64,000 nt of DNA, taken from Camelus dromedarius. Lineage: Eukaryota. The stretch is from the NCBI RefSeq assembly GCF_036321535.1, contig NC_087472.1:97280001-97344000 (forward strand), in the 5' to 3' direction. A program made the position numbers and the translations under genes. Shown here piece after piece: positions 50,260-63,119 of the stretch. Under the pieces are notes generated by a model. That model was not told the DNA's origin and did not search any database. It saw nothing but the letters and a program-made list of their open reading frames with translations. Within the stretch, counting starts at the first letter, position 1, and each line of letters begins with the position of its first letter.

Positions 50260-51700
50260 TTTTACCATTAAACATAATGATGTGGGTGGCTATTGATTTT
50301 GATATATTTTTGATGTTAAGCAAGAACCCTCCAATTTTTAATATACAAGGAGATTTTATTTTAAAATCATGAATGCTTGTTGAATTTTATCAGATGCCCT
50401 GTCAACTTCTATCAGGCTGATCATACATTAATAAAGATCAAAAATTTAAACCAATTTGCATTTCTGAAGTAAACCAATTTTGGTCATGGTGAATTACTTT
50501 AAAATCTTCTGATGGATTGACTTTGCTGTTAGTTTATTTTAGGTTTTTGCTTCCATGCTTGTATGTGTTTTGGCCTCAGTTTATGCTACTATACGTTTTA
50601 AAGTTTGGTATTATGGTTTTGCTAACTTCATGAAATAAATTGGGTGACTTTATTATGTTTAGAATCCTCCCATTTTATCATAGGACATCTGGATCCTAAA
50701 CTTTTTTCTTCTATCAGTATTGTTTTATTTAAAATTTTTATTTTTTCTAGGTCAGTTTTGCCAGTTTGTAATTTTATTTTAAAAGGTATCCATTTCATGA
50801 AGATTTTCAAATTTATTAGAATAAATGAATTCATATAATATTTAAAATCTCCATTCTTGTGGTTAAATCTTGTTTTTGACTTCTCATGTTGCATATTTGC
50901 AGTTTATCTTTTCTTCATCAGACTTCTAGGATGCTGGCAATTTTATCAGTGCTTTAAAAATACTAACTCTTGGTTTTAACATTTCTAGTCCTTGTTGTTT
51001 TATTTTGCTTTCTAGTTTTTTCTAAAAAAACCTTCCTTCTTCTTTTAGTTTATTTTGCTGTGGTTTTTCTAAGTTCTTTAGTTGACTTCTTAAGTTCATT
51101 TATTTTCACATTTTTATATAGCCTTAAAAGTCTTTTAATTCTATAGTTATCTGAGCAAGCTTTGCCTATATTTCATTTATTTCATATATAGACTTCTTAG
51201 TGTCATTAATTTGTAAACAGTTTACACATGAAATTTGGGTTTTGTTTTAATTGCAGTTATTCCAAATAGAATATTTACATTTCGAAGTGGCTAGAATTCT
51301 TTATTTTTTGTTATTAATGTCCAGTTCTGTAAAAGTTCTACAGTAGATTTTTTTTTTAAGGACCCATTTGATCTTTTTTGGTAAATATTCCATATATTTT
51401 GAAAAAAAGAATTTTTATACCTTTATAGGATGTAAAATTTTTGATACTGAAACTTTAAGCTAATCTCATTTATAGTATTTAAGGTCGCTGTTATTCTTTT
51501 TTTGTTTTTTGCTTTGCTTATTTGATTTGCCGATTTCTTATGGAGGTATAGTGAATCTCCATCTTGACTGTGTTTTAAACGTTTTCCTCTTATTTCTAAT
51601 ATTTTTACTTCATATATCTTGAAATATTCAATGCTACTTTTCCATTGGCTGAGTACAAATGGAAAGTTGTATTTAATTCTAGTTCCAGTTGTCACTTTTA
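50260..51700 (-). mobile_element. Old L1M ORF2 remnant (antisense), continuation of 47930-48965
   Basis: aatcatgaatgcttgttgaattttatcagatgccctgtcaacttctatc, ttttggtcatggtgaatta and ccatttcatgaagattttcaaatttatt. Confidence 0.65.
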
Positions 51701-52185
51701 AGGAAAATAAGATGGATCATAGCTTAAAAAAAAAAAAAAGAGTGATCAGAGTAGTCAAGGAACTCAAGTCATGTCACTTAGTCACTAGTAAAAGGAACCG
51801 GGGGCATTTCATTTGGATGTTAAATGGGCATAACTTTTTGGTAAGCCATTTTATAGCGAGGTTAAGGCTGATGTGAATAACTTCAAACAGCAGAACTGGA
51901 AAATATTTGGAAAAATAATAAGGAAACTGATTTTGTCTCAGTATTAAGGACAGTATTCTGGTAAAGTAGTTCCAAAATGGAACTGAAAGCTGCTGGAGGC
52001 GGTGACATTATACTGAGCTAGGTCAGCAGAGGCTAAATGACTACTTGCCAGGCTACTGTGAAAGGTTTCAAGTGTTGGCTCAGAGGTAGGATTTGAAGAT
52101 TGTTATCACGGAGTGTTTCTGAAGAGACCTGTTCCTTATCATTATGTGTTTCTCATTCACACCTTCTCGTATGTAAATGATAAGA

Positions 52186-52283
52186 TATTTTGAAAGGCTC
52201 AACTTGGTATTGCTGGTCAAAACTCTTTTGTCTCTATTTTGAAAGGCTCAACTTGGTATTGCTGGTCAAAACTCTTTTGTCTC
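52186..52283. repeat. Perfect 49-bp tandem duplication
   Basis: tattttgaaaggctcaacttggtattgctggtcaaaactcttttgtctc at 52186-52234 and 52235-52283. Confidence 0.97.
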
Positions 52284-53149
52284 AAGTCTGCAACCTTCTG
52301 GGACATTAAACAAGGACAGAGCATATACAGACCTCTTACATCTGTTTGGTATGATGGGCAGTATCTGAAAATGGCAGTCACTTTGATTGTGGAAAAAAAA
52401 TGACAGCAGTAAATTGGATTTTAAAGACCATCTCGGCTCACCTCCCAGTCAGGCAGATCATAGACCTCAAACTGTATTTCTCATTATAAAAGTCATTCTG
52501 TTTATTTTTAAATCTGACAGTTTTTTTTAATAGAATAGTGTTCATTCCTTGTAGTGTCCTTTAAGAATATTTTTCTATTAACTCAAAGATTTTGTGACCT
52601 ACTCCTCCTTTTACGTATCATATCATAATATATCCTACCCTTTTTTGTCATGTGAGGTTTTTCATGATGGATCATGTCTTCATTTTAAAGAAAAAAATCT
52701 AAACATTTTCAGCAGGGTGTTTTTCCAGTGGGAATTAATGTGTTTGGGCTATTGAAACATGTGCAGAGTGGTTTTCTGGTTGCTTATGCTAGTCACCCCA
52801 GAGTTACTACCAGCTCAGGACTAATTTTTATGTTAATATCTCAACTTAGAAAATCCAGCATCATCAGGAAGGGCACATTTGTGGACTGTAAATCTATATG
52901 TGACACCATCTTGAAATTTTACTTGCTCATCAGACTTCTGTTTTTTTTCAATTTAGAGACAAAAGGCTGAGGCAATTTTTCTTGACATTTTCTTGGGATG
53001 GCAGTGTCAGTCTGTCACTGTATATGTAGCCCTTCTTTTGAGGATTCTGGTTTTATGAAAATGTCTCAATGCCAAATTCTTGCCTTCTAACCATCTAAGC
53101 TTTTATTTATTATCTTGTTCATAGATTAAAACAAAAATTCCTTATCAAG

Positions 53150-53845
53150 GCCATATAAAGAAATCTTACTAATCAACAATAAAAGCTAAACAACCCAATG
53201 TAAAAAAAAACTAAGCAAAATATTTGAACAGACACTTTACAAAAGGAGATACACAAATGACCTATGAGAATATGCTCAAATCATTATTCATCAGGGAAGT
53301 ACAAATTAAAACCACACCGACTAAAACGGCTACAATTCCAAAGGCTGACAACACCAAGTGTTAAGTATGCGGAACAACTGAAAGTCTCAGCCATTGCTGG
53401 TAAAAGGTGAAATGTTTAGAAAACAATCTAGCAGTTTCTTAAAAGGGTAAATATATACTTACCAGCAATCCCATTCCTTTGTATTTTCCTAAGGAAGGTG
53501 AAAACATGTATTTCCACGAAGATTTTATGAGTGTTCATAGCATCCTTACACATAATATCTAAAAACTGGAAACAACCCAAATGTCCATCAGCTGGTGAAT
53601 GAATTAACAAAATACTGTGTATTTTTTTATTTATTTTAAAGCAGATCAGTGTTTGTCTGGACTGGGAAAGGGAAGAAGAGTTGATTGAGTAGGGGCATGT
53701 GGATACTTTTTGAGGAGTTGAAAATATTCTGTATCTTGAATGTGATGGTGGCTACGTGGCATGTACATTTACCAAAATGCATTGGATTGTGCATCCAAAT
53801 ATATGCATTTTATTATACATTAAATCTCAAATGTTAAGAAAAACA
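53150..53845 (+). mobile_element. L1ME/L1MC-like 3' end
   Basis: aaatatttgaacagacactttacaaaagg, aactggaaacaacccaaatgtccatcagctggtgaatg and gaaaatattctgtatcttgaatgtgatggtgg. Confidence 0.8.
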
Positions 53846-53990
53846 TAAAACAAAGGCAATATCTACCTTTTTCCCCAGTATAAACCCCTGGAGTGGCTAC
53901 CATATCAGCTAGTATACTACTTTGACTTTCAAATCCTTCTGCATTTCTGGTGTATAAAATTTTTCTATTTTACTTCTTGTGCACTGCCAC

Positions 53991-55943
53991 TTTATATTTT
54001 TCAACTTTATTGAGATAGAATCAATATACAATATAGCATATGTTTAAGGTGTATAGTGTATTGGCTTGATACACATATATTGCAGTGATTACTACTGTAA
54101 AGTTAGTTAATAGCTCCATCACCTCACATAGTTACTTTTTTTGTGGTGAGAACATTTAAGATTTACTCTCCTATCCACTTTCAAGTATATAATACAGTAC
54201 TATTAACTATAATCACCTTGTTGTACATTAGATCCCCAGAATTTGTTCATCTTATAGCTGGAAGTTTATACCCTTTGATCAGCATCTACTCATTTTCTCC
54301 AACCCCCAACCCCTGGTATCCAGTGTTACTCTGTTTCTATGAGTTTGGCTTTTTTTAGTTTCTACACATAAGTGATATCATACAGTATTTGCCTTTTCCT
54401 GTCTGACTTATTTCACTAAGAGTAATGCCCTCAGAGTCTTATTTATGTTGTTGCAAATTGCAGGATTTCCTTCTTTCTCATGGCTGAATAATATTCCACT
54501 GCATATACCACATTTTCTTTATCCATGCATCTGTCAGTGAATGGTTAGGTTATTTCCATGTCTTGGTTATTGTGAGTAACGCTGCATTGAATGTGAGAGT
54601 GCAGTGTGTCTTTGAAATCTTGTTTTCATTTCCTTTGGGTGTACACCAAGAAGTGGGATTGTTGGATCTTATGGTAGTTCTATTTTTAATTTCTTGAAGA
54701 ACCTCCATACTGGTCTCCATAAAAGCTGTACCAATCTACATTCCTACCAGTGGTGCCTAAAGGTTCCCCTTTCTCCCCATTCTTGCCAGCACTTGTCATC
54801 TCTTGTCTTTTTGGTGATAGCCATTCTAACAGGTGTCAGGTGCTATCTCATTGTTGCACTGATTTGCATTTCCCTGATGATTAGTAACATTAAGCATCTT
54901 TTCATGTACCTGTTCGTCATTTGTATGTCTTCTTTGGAAGAAAGATGTCTATTCCCTTCTTCTGCCCATTTTAAAACTGGACTTTTTTTTTTGCTATTGA
55001 TTTGTATGAGTTATTCATTTATTTTGGATATTAACCCTCTATCAGATATATGCTTTGCAGATATCTTATCCTATTCCATAGGTGGCCTTTTCATTTTGTT
55101 GATTGTTTTGCTGTATAGAAGTTTTTCAGTTTGATGTAATCCCACTAGTTGATTTTTGCTTTGTTGCTTCTGCTTTTGGTGTCAAATCCAAAAAATCATT
55201 GCCAAGACCAGTGTCAAGGGGCTTTTCCGTATGTTTTCTTCTAGGAGTTCTATGGTTTAGGTTTGTCTTTAATCCATTTAGAGTTAGTTTTGTGAGTTGT
55301 GTAAGAATAGGGGTCCAAATTCATTCTTCTGCATGGGTTAGCCAGTTTTCCAACCACCGTTTATTTAAGAGATTATCATTTCCCTGTTGCTACTCTTTGT
55401 CTCTTTGTCAAATATTAGTTGACTGTATTTAAACCTTCAGCTGTGTTGAAGGTTTATTTCTGGACTGTTGATTCTGTTCTATTCATCTGTGTGTCAGTTT
55501 TTATGCCAGTACCATACTGTTTTGATTAATATATCTTTGTAGTATAGTTTGAAATCAGAAGTTATGATGTCTCCACCTTTCTTCTTTCTCAAGATTGCTT
55601 TGGCTATTTGGGGTCATTTGTGGTTTCATATGAATTTTAGGACTTTTTTTTCTATTTCTGTTAAAAAATATAATTGAGATTTTTTCACAGGCATTGCATT
55701 ATAACTCTAGATGGCTTTGGATAGTATGGACATTTTAACAGTGTTAGTTCTTATGATCCAGGAACACAGGATGTCTTTCCATTTGTTTTGTGTCTTCTTC
55801 AGTTTCTTTAATCAGAGCCTTATAGTTTTCAGTGTACAGTTCTTTCACCTCCTTGGTTAAATTTATTCTTAACTTTCAATGCTGTTTTGAATGAGATATT
55901 TTCTTCATTTTTCAAAAGTTTCGTTGTTAGTACCTAGAAATGT
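53991..55943 (-). mobile_element. L1MA8/9-like 3' ~2 kb
   Basis: caactttattgagatag...ccatcacctcacatagttac...ggtgagaacatttaagatttactctc. ORFs 54694..55134 and 55103..55432 are antisense to ORF2. Confidence 0.9.
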
Positions 55944-56139
55944 TTCATTTTTTTTTAACATGGTAAATGTTACTGTGAGAGCAATTTCACATTAGCTATA
56001 TTACTAGTTCTAGAAATTGTAGAGTCCTGTGATTTTTGTCTTCGTTTTTGTCAGATGGTGAGTTTATTGTGGGAATTAACTTCTATCCCATGAAAAATAC
56101 CCTAGATGATGGATATTTGAGGAATACAAAGAGGACGGT

Positions 56140-56340
56140 AATATTTATTTCGTATTTATTGTTTGCTGGGCACTTTTCTAGATGCTTTCACCACTGACGG
56201 CTAATTCAATTCTCATACCAACATTTAGACTAAGTGTTATTAGCCACATTTATCTGTGAGGAAACTGGGAACTTGGTTTGGTTCCTGCTGGCAACAAATT
56301 ACAATCTGAAATGCAGACCAAGCCTTCTGATTCCAATTTC
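56140..56340 (-). mobile_element. MIR SINE
   Basis: taatatttatttcgtatttattgtttgctgggcacttttctagatgcttt...tgaggaaactggga. Confidence 0.6.
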
Positions 56341-57280
56341 AGGTTTTTGTTTGTTTGATGTTGAAATGTATCACATCCTTAACATTGATGCATCACTTAC
56401 AAAATTAAAATATGAACATATTTTTATTACTGCAAATACTCTTAAAGACACTGTTTATAATAATGTAGTTTGATTCCCGTTATGTTATGTCCCTGGTAAT
56501 AAGGTCATTCAAACTGAATACCAGTCATATATTTATCCTTTAGAAAAATCTATCGTAATATGCTAGTTGCCTGATTTGTCCTTATATTTAGGAAGCATTC
56601 TCATGACTCCTGCCTAGGATGAAGTTCCCCTCACTGGGGTTAGGTGTGGTAGGTGACAGGACAGATTTATGACCTCACCATTCAAGAATAAGGGCAACTG
56701 TTGTCTGTATCCCGGGTGAAGAACATCTGAAAACCCAGGAAAAGTCTTAAACATAACACTTCATGTTTTCAATAGAGGAGTACAATGCTTAAAGTAATTT
56801 ATATGGGCTAGAATCTGGAAATAACCTATGAGGCATCATACTTGGGGGGAGGGGGCCTTTTATGGAATACCTGCTCTTAAATCTAGGACAGAAAAGGAAA
56901 TTTAAGATGGACAACCACTGTATTATTTATGTGAGGAAATGGTATGGTAATTTGTACTTAAAAATTGCTCTGTGTCATTTTGGAGTATAAATTGGAGTGG
57001 GAAGACCCAGAAGTTAATAAGACCAATGAAAAGGGTATTACATTAATCTTTTAGAAAGGATACAGATTTGACCTATAGCATCAGCAGAGAGTCATATAGT
57101 CACTGGGGGGATAATAGAGAAAGGATTCTACATTTTTGGCTTAGACAGTTTAGTAGATTGAGGGGCTAATTAAAATACTTACGTCATGCAGGCAATGAAC
57201 GTGGATGCCCACTCAAATATAAGCTATGAGCACGTTAAAAAGCCTTTGTTATGGTGATCCAAGCTCTAATGAAGAGAGAA

Positions 57281-57423
57281 AAGGGTTTCTCAAATTTTAA
57301 TGTGAGTATGTAATAACTGGGGATCTTGATACTATGGATTCTAACTCAGTTGGTTTGCATTTTTAACATTTTCTCAAGAGATCCTGATGCTGTTGGTCCC
57401 CAGAACTCACTTTGAGTGGCAAG
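57281..57423. mobile_element. hAT-Charlie MITE (MER5A/B-like)
   Basis: ttttctcaaattttaatgtgagtatgtaataactggggatcttg...ttgcatttttaaca...ctgatgctgttggtccccagaactcactttgagtggcaag. Confidence 0.75.
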
Positions 57424-57646
57424 TCTCTAGCCATCTACTTCACTCTGAATACGTAATCTTTGTTCTCACCTTCTCTGATTCTCTTGTATTTGTTTGGTAC
57501 CATATATTAGCTCTAACTTCTCTTTTCTGGGTCCCTTTTATGAACAGCTGATTTTAAATGACAATTTATGGCCTCATAATGGAACTGAACTTTTCAGTAT
57601 CGTCCTTCTACTAAAGTTATAGATTTGGGAATCATTTCACATATGT

Positions 57647-58072
57647 TAGAGCAGATTCTATAGGTGTCCTGCCCACGTATCCTTGTCCCTTAGCATTGTA
57701 GTACAGACTTCCAGTTGTATTTTTATGACTAAGGAGTTTTCCTAGTATCTAGTGCATGCTCTACGCATGTATCCATGTTCCTAGCAAACTAGAAGAGCCA
57801 AACAGTAGGCCATGACCAATGACTGCTGGGAATTGGTATATAAATAACTAAATTCTCTCATCTCTCAAGTTGGATATCTCTGGGGCATGTCTTCTACCTA
57901 GTTTCTCAGAGTTCTCCAGTGGGCTTTAAATCCAGTTACCTCCACTGGTAACTCGCTTAGAAAAATCACCCCTTTTTATCTGTTTTCTTTTCCCTATCTC
58001 ACTTTGCTACTCGGTTGATATTTCCCAGGATCACCTCCCAAACAAATTGCTTCTGTGGGGAATCTAAAGACA
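57647..58072 (+). mobile_element. ERVL solo LTR (LTR16-like) inserted in L2
   Basis: Ends cccaggatcacctcccaaacaaattgcttctgtggggaatctaaagaca, the reverse complement of the 22856 LTR start. Possible TSD tatgt/tatct. Confidence 0.7.
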
Positions 58073-58244
58073 TATCTGGTAGTTAAAATTGAGTGCATAC
58101 ATGAAATCACCAGGAGAGAGTGTATAGAGTAAAAAAGAATAATGTCTGAGATGGAGGCATGGGAAATATGATGTATAGCTGTGTCAAATAAAATAAGTTT
58201 AAAGAAGCAGCAGCCAAGGAGGTAGAATGGAAACTTTGCAACCC

Positions 58245-59110
58245 AATTCTTTCTCTTGAGCTCCAGACTTACATATCCAACTACCTTTTGAGCAGCTCAA
58301 CTTGAACATGAAGGTTTCTGTGAAACAACCCAAGGGTCATCCTTAACTTCTCCCTCTCAATTACTATTCACATCCAAAAAACCAGTAAAACCTACTAAAA
58401 ACTAATGCTTATACAATCTCACATAGCTATTAAATGCAGTCATCCCCTTCTCCATATTCTTTACTGCCACCACCCTAGTTGAAGCCACCATCAAAGGCCC
58501 TCAAACCTTTCCCTCTGCCCCCTATTTTGACTCTAATCAATTCTCCAACATGCAGCCACACTGATCATATGTTCTTCTGCTGAAAGCAGTTCAAGGCTCT
58601 CCATTCCTTTTGTAAAGAATCCCGGACTCCCTTGCGTGACAAGTATGCTCAGACCTCCATCCCACTCTCTCATTGCTTTGCTTCTGATACTCTAAGCTCT
58701 AGCCATCCTCAGCTACTGAAAGTTACCCAAACTCTCTATTCTTTCTTGCCTCTGGGCTCATGTACATACTGCTCCCTTTTCTGGAATTCTCTTTCCCCAA
58801 ATCCATTTCCCAATGACTTGAGTAATTCTTTCACACTCAGTTTGAATGATACCTGCTATTGGAGTCTCTCAGCCTCCAAAGTCTGGGACAGGAGTCCCCT
58901 GTTATTGAAATATTTTATTGCTAGTTTGTGTTATTACTTACAACTCTGCATTATAATTGTCTGGTAACTAGTTTTTGTTGGGTTTTTTTTTTTTTTGCAC
59001 TAGATTCTAAACTCTGTTGAGCTTAGAGACTGTATTTTAAAAATGATTATTGTATTCTGACTTCCAGGCATAAAGTAAGTGGACAGTAATTGTTTGAATA
59101 AATGAAAGAA
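58245..59110 (+). mobile_element. L2 3' fragment
   Basis: ttctcttgagctccagacttacatatccaact...tactgccaccaccctagttgaagccaccatc...gaataaatgaaagaaatga. Confidence 0.75.
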
Positions 59111-60424
59111 ATGACCTTGTAGCTTCAAATACTAGAGAGAGTATTTAAGCAAGATAAGACTTAAAATAACTGAGATAGTTCCTGCAACCAGGAGGGTTAT
59201 CAGTGTCTTCAACAAGAGCAGCTATATTTCAATCTGTGGTATAGTATTTGTGATGCTTTGGAGGTCAATTTTGAACTGTGAATTAAGATAACAGAAAACA
59301 TGGAATTTTGGAATAATCACTAGACATGGGGGAAGATGTTTAAGAATTACTTCACATGTTTGTTTTGACCCAATTAATGTTCAGTTTGAGGTAGGTGATA
59401 TACTTTGTCACAGTAAAAAACACATTTCATGTAATGATATTTTATTTTGCAAACCTGTATTTTTATCCTGTAGCAAGTGATCAAAAACTAGGAATAACTT
59501 AAGCCAGGCAATTCTCCTCCCTTTGGCACTGCTAGTAAGTGATTGAGTGATACGTGTTCATATATACAGAGTGTGAGAACTCTTAAGCCATGTCACAGCA
59601 TCACTAAAGAGTAGCAGGTTTTTGCTTGAGGGGCTATTGGTTGATACAAATTTTTGAAAATGTCATGTGTGGAGAGAGAGCAGCCGTAACCCACTTTTTG
59701 GTAACATGGCACACAGGCTTGGAAAATTTACACATCCTGTCTGTAGAGGTTTTCTAGCTTCCTGATATATAAGATTGAAAAAAAAGACCCTCAGAGTATG
59801 AATTACTATTGATGTGAAGTGTCAAAAATGTGCTCTATTTCAAGTATGCCTGAGGTATACTTCTTATGAATTTTACAGACGCTGCTACATTTTATTCATG
59901 AAGTGCCTCTTACCAGAATGCTTGCAGCATAGCACATGAGTGATAAAAATGTTGGGTATATAATGAAAAGGTTGTAAATTATATAAAGGAAGGAAACAAT
60001 GTCTTTTGAACAGCTATCAAGCTACATGTCTGTCCTTATTTTTAAAATACAGAACTAAAATGAATTAGAAACAACAATGCTTGTTAAACAGTCGTATCTA
60101 TCATTTAGATAATCTTGTCATTGAGTTTTGTGAAGAACAACTGTTGGTCTAGAGTCAGAGTTTGAATAGAAGTTTATTTCTTAAGGGCATGATTACATCA
60201 GGGTGAGAAAAAAAATTACAAATAGATTCAAAGTAATAATACTTTTTAAAGCCAATTATAATGACTTATGAATGGAGATCAAATTACAGGTCGCTGTGAG
60301 TTTAATTATATGCCATATATAATGCACATGTATTATATGCATTATATGTAACATAGTTTTCAGATATTTAGAGTCTCTTTCTCCTTTGTCTGTATCTCTT
60401 TATATGTGGAAAAACAGTTTATAT

Positions 60425-60796
60425 CAGGGAAATGCAAATCAAAACCACAAAGAAATATCACCTCACACCTGTCAGAATGGCTATCATCAAAAAGAACACC
60501 AATAACAAATTTTGGCAAGGATGTGGAAAAAAGGGAACTCTGTTACACTGTTGTTGGGAATGTAAATTGGTGCAGCCACTGTGGAAAACAGCATGGAGGT
60601 TTCTCAAAAAACTAAAAATACAACTGCCATATGACCCAGCAATTCCAGTCATGCGTATATATCTGGAAAAAAATACCAAAAACACTAATTCAAAGAGATA
60701 TATTCACCACAGTGTTCATAGCAGCATTATTTACAATTGCCAAGACTTGGAACCAACTTAAGTGTCCATCAACAGATGACTGGATAAAGAAGATGT

Positions 60797-60838
<42 letters not shown>

Positions 60839-61299
60839 AAACATATATACAATGGAATACTTCACAGCGATAAAAAGAATGAAGTTTTGCCATTTGCAGC
60901 AACATAGATGGACTTGGAGGGCTTTATGCTAAGTGAAATAAGTCAGACAGAGAAAGATAAATATTGTATGATATCACTTATACGTGGAATCTAAAAAAAA
61001 TACAACCACCTAGTGAATATAACAAAAAAGAAGCAGACTCAGATATAGAGAACAAACTAGTGGCTATTGGTGGGGAGAGGGAATGGAAGAGGGGCAATAT
61101 AGGAGTAGGGAGGGGATTAAGAGTATAAATTATTATGTATAAAATAAGCTGCAAGTATATATGTATAACATGGGGAATATAGCCAATATTTTATAATAAC
61201 TATAAATGGAATATAACCTTTAAAAATTATGAATCACTATCTTGTACACCTGTAATATGGTACAGCAAATATACTTCAATTTAAAAAGTTTAAAAAAAA
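60425..61299 (+). mobile_element. 5'-truncated younger LINE-1 (~875 bp)
   Basis: ORF 60432..60761 reads [21 protein letters not shown]...[34 protein letters not shown], followed by an A tail. TSD core gaaaaacagtt at 60409-60419 and 61300-61310. Confidence 0.93.
60799..60834. repeat. (TG)18 microsatellite inside L1
   Basis: Perfect TG run seen directly. Confidence 0.95.
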
Positions 61300-61828
61300 G
61301 AAAAACAGTTGATCTATTTTCGTTCATTTGAAAAGAATTACTTGAGGCCTACTATGCACTAGGTACTGTTCTAGCTAAAAAGGGTTATGGAAAACAAGAC
61401 AGTCACTGTCCTCAACAAATTTCTATTTGAGGCAAAAACATATAAACAAATGAATATAGTATATAATATAATGGTAGGTAATAAGAAGTACTATAGATAA
61501 AAATAGAACCAGGTAAGAAGACAAAAAGATTGAGAATAGCATGTAAGAAGAGTGGATATTGTGTGGATAAGGTGGCCAGGGAATCACCTTATCTCCAAAT
61601 AAGTCACAACATCCAGAATTCCAATTGATGAGTTAAATAAAGGAAGTCTCTTTAGAGGAAACCAGAAATTGCTATTTTGGTGGACTTTCATGTTTTGTAA
61701 CATATTTTAATTTTGTATGTTTTATTCTATTTTTCTATTTTTTCCAGCTTTTTTGTGGTGTGATTGATAAATAAAAATTTTATATGTTTAAGGTGTACAA
61801 TGTAATGTTTTGGTACATGTGTAATTTC

Positions 61829-62213
61829 TTTTATTTTTATTGAAGTATAGTCAGTTACAGTTTCAGTTTCTGGTGTACAGTATAATGTTTCAGTCATACA
61901 TATACATATATATATTTGTTTTCATGTTCTTCTTCATTATAAGTTATTACAAGATGTTAAATATAGTTCCCTGTGTTATACAGAAGAAATTTGTTTTTTA
62001 TCTATTTTATATATGTTAGTATTTTGCACATCTTGAACTCCCAATTTATCCCTTCCCACCCTCTTTTTCCCTGGTAACCATAAGTTTGTTTACTATATCT
62101 GTGAGTCTGTTTTTGTTTTAAAGATAAGTTCATTAGCGTTTTCTTTTTTCTTTCTTTCTTTTTTTTTTTTTTAAGATTCCACATATGAGTGATACATGAT
62201 ACGTTTCTTTCAA
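61829..62213 (-). mobile_element. Young L1 3' UTR stub (385 bp), similar to the 15470-18004 element
   Basis: tttttattgaagtatagtcagttaca...aatatagttccctgtg...cccaatttatcccttcccaccc...agattccacatatgagtgata. 15-bp TSD tacatgtgtaatttc (61814-61828) / tacacgtgtaatttc (62214-62228). Confidence 0.92.
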
Positions 62214-63119
62214 TACACGTGTAATTTCCAAGACCACCATCAAGGAGCTTGCCTCCTGTGTTTTCTTCTAGGAGTTTTATAGGCTCATCTCTTACATTTA
62301 AATATTCAGTCCATTTTGAGTTGAGTTTTGTGTTTGGTGTAAGATAAGGATCCGGTTTGATTCTTTTGCATGTGAATATCCAATTTTCCAAACACCATTT
62401 ATTGAAAAGGCTATCCTTTCCCCATTGTGTATTCTTGGCACCTTGTCAAAAATTAGTTGATTGTATTTGTATAGATTTATTTCTGGACTCTTGATTGTTT
62501 TCCATTGGTTTATAAATCTGTTTTTATGCTACTATCATGCTATTTTGGTTACTGTAGCTTTGTAATATAGTTTGAAGTTAGGAAGTGTGATACCTCCAGC
62601 TTTATTCTTCTTTCTCAGGATTTCTTTGGTGATTTGGGGATCTTTTGTGGTTCTATAACAGTTTTAAGGTTTTTTTTTCTATTTCTGTGAAAAATGCCAG
62701 TGGAATTTTGATAGAGATTTCATTGAATCTGTAAATTGCTTTTGGTAAAATGAATACATTGATACTATTTATTCTTCCAATTCATGAACATGGGATGTCT
62801 TTCCACTTATTTATGTCTTTTTCATATTCTTTCATCACTGTTTTACAGTTTTCAGTGTATAGTTCTTTTACCTCCTTGGTTAAGTTTATTCCTAAGTATT
62901 GTATTGTTTTTATGCTATTGTAAATGGGGTTGTTTTCTTCATGTCTTTTTTGGTTAGTTCACTGTTAGAAACACAGCTGATTTCTGCATGTTAATATTGT
63001 ATTCTACAACGTTACTAAATTTGTTTATTAAGTTCTAATAGTTTTTGATGGGCGCTTCAGGATTTTCTGTAAAGAAGATTGTATCATCTGCAAACAGAGA
63101 GTTTTACTTCTGCCTTTCT

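Noticed and set aside
60317..60347. 10-bp inverted repeat ATATAATGCA/TGCATTATAT as an RNA hairpin
   Set aside because: Low-complexity AT/RY sequence where such symmetry is expected; too short for a pre-miRNA.
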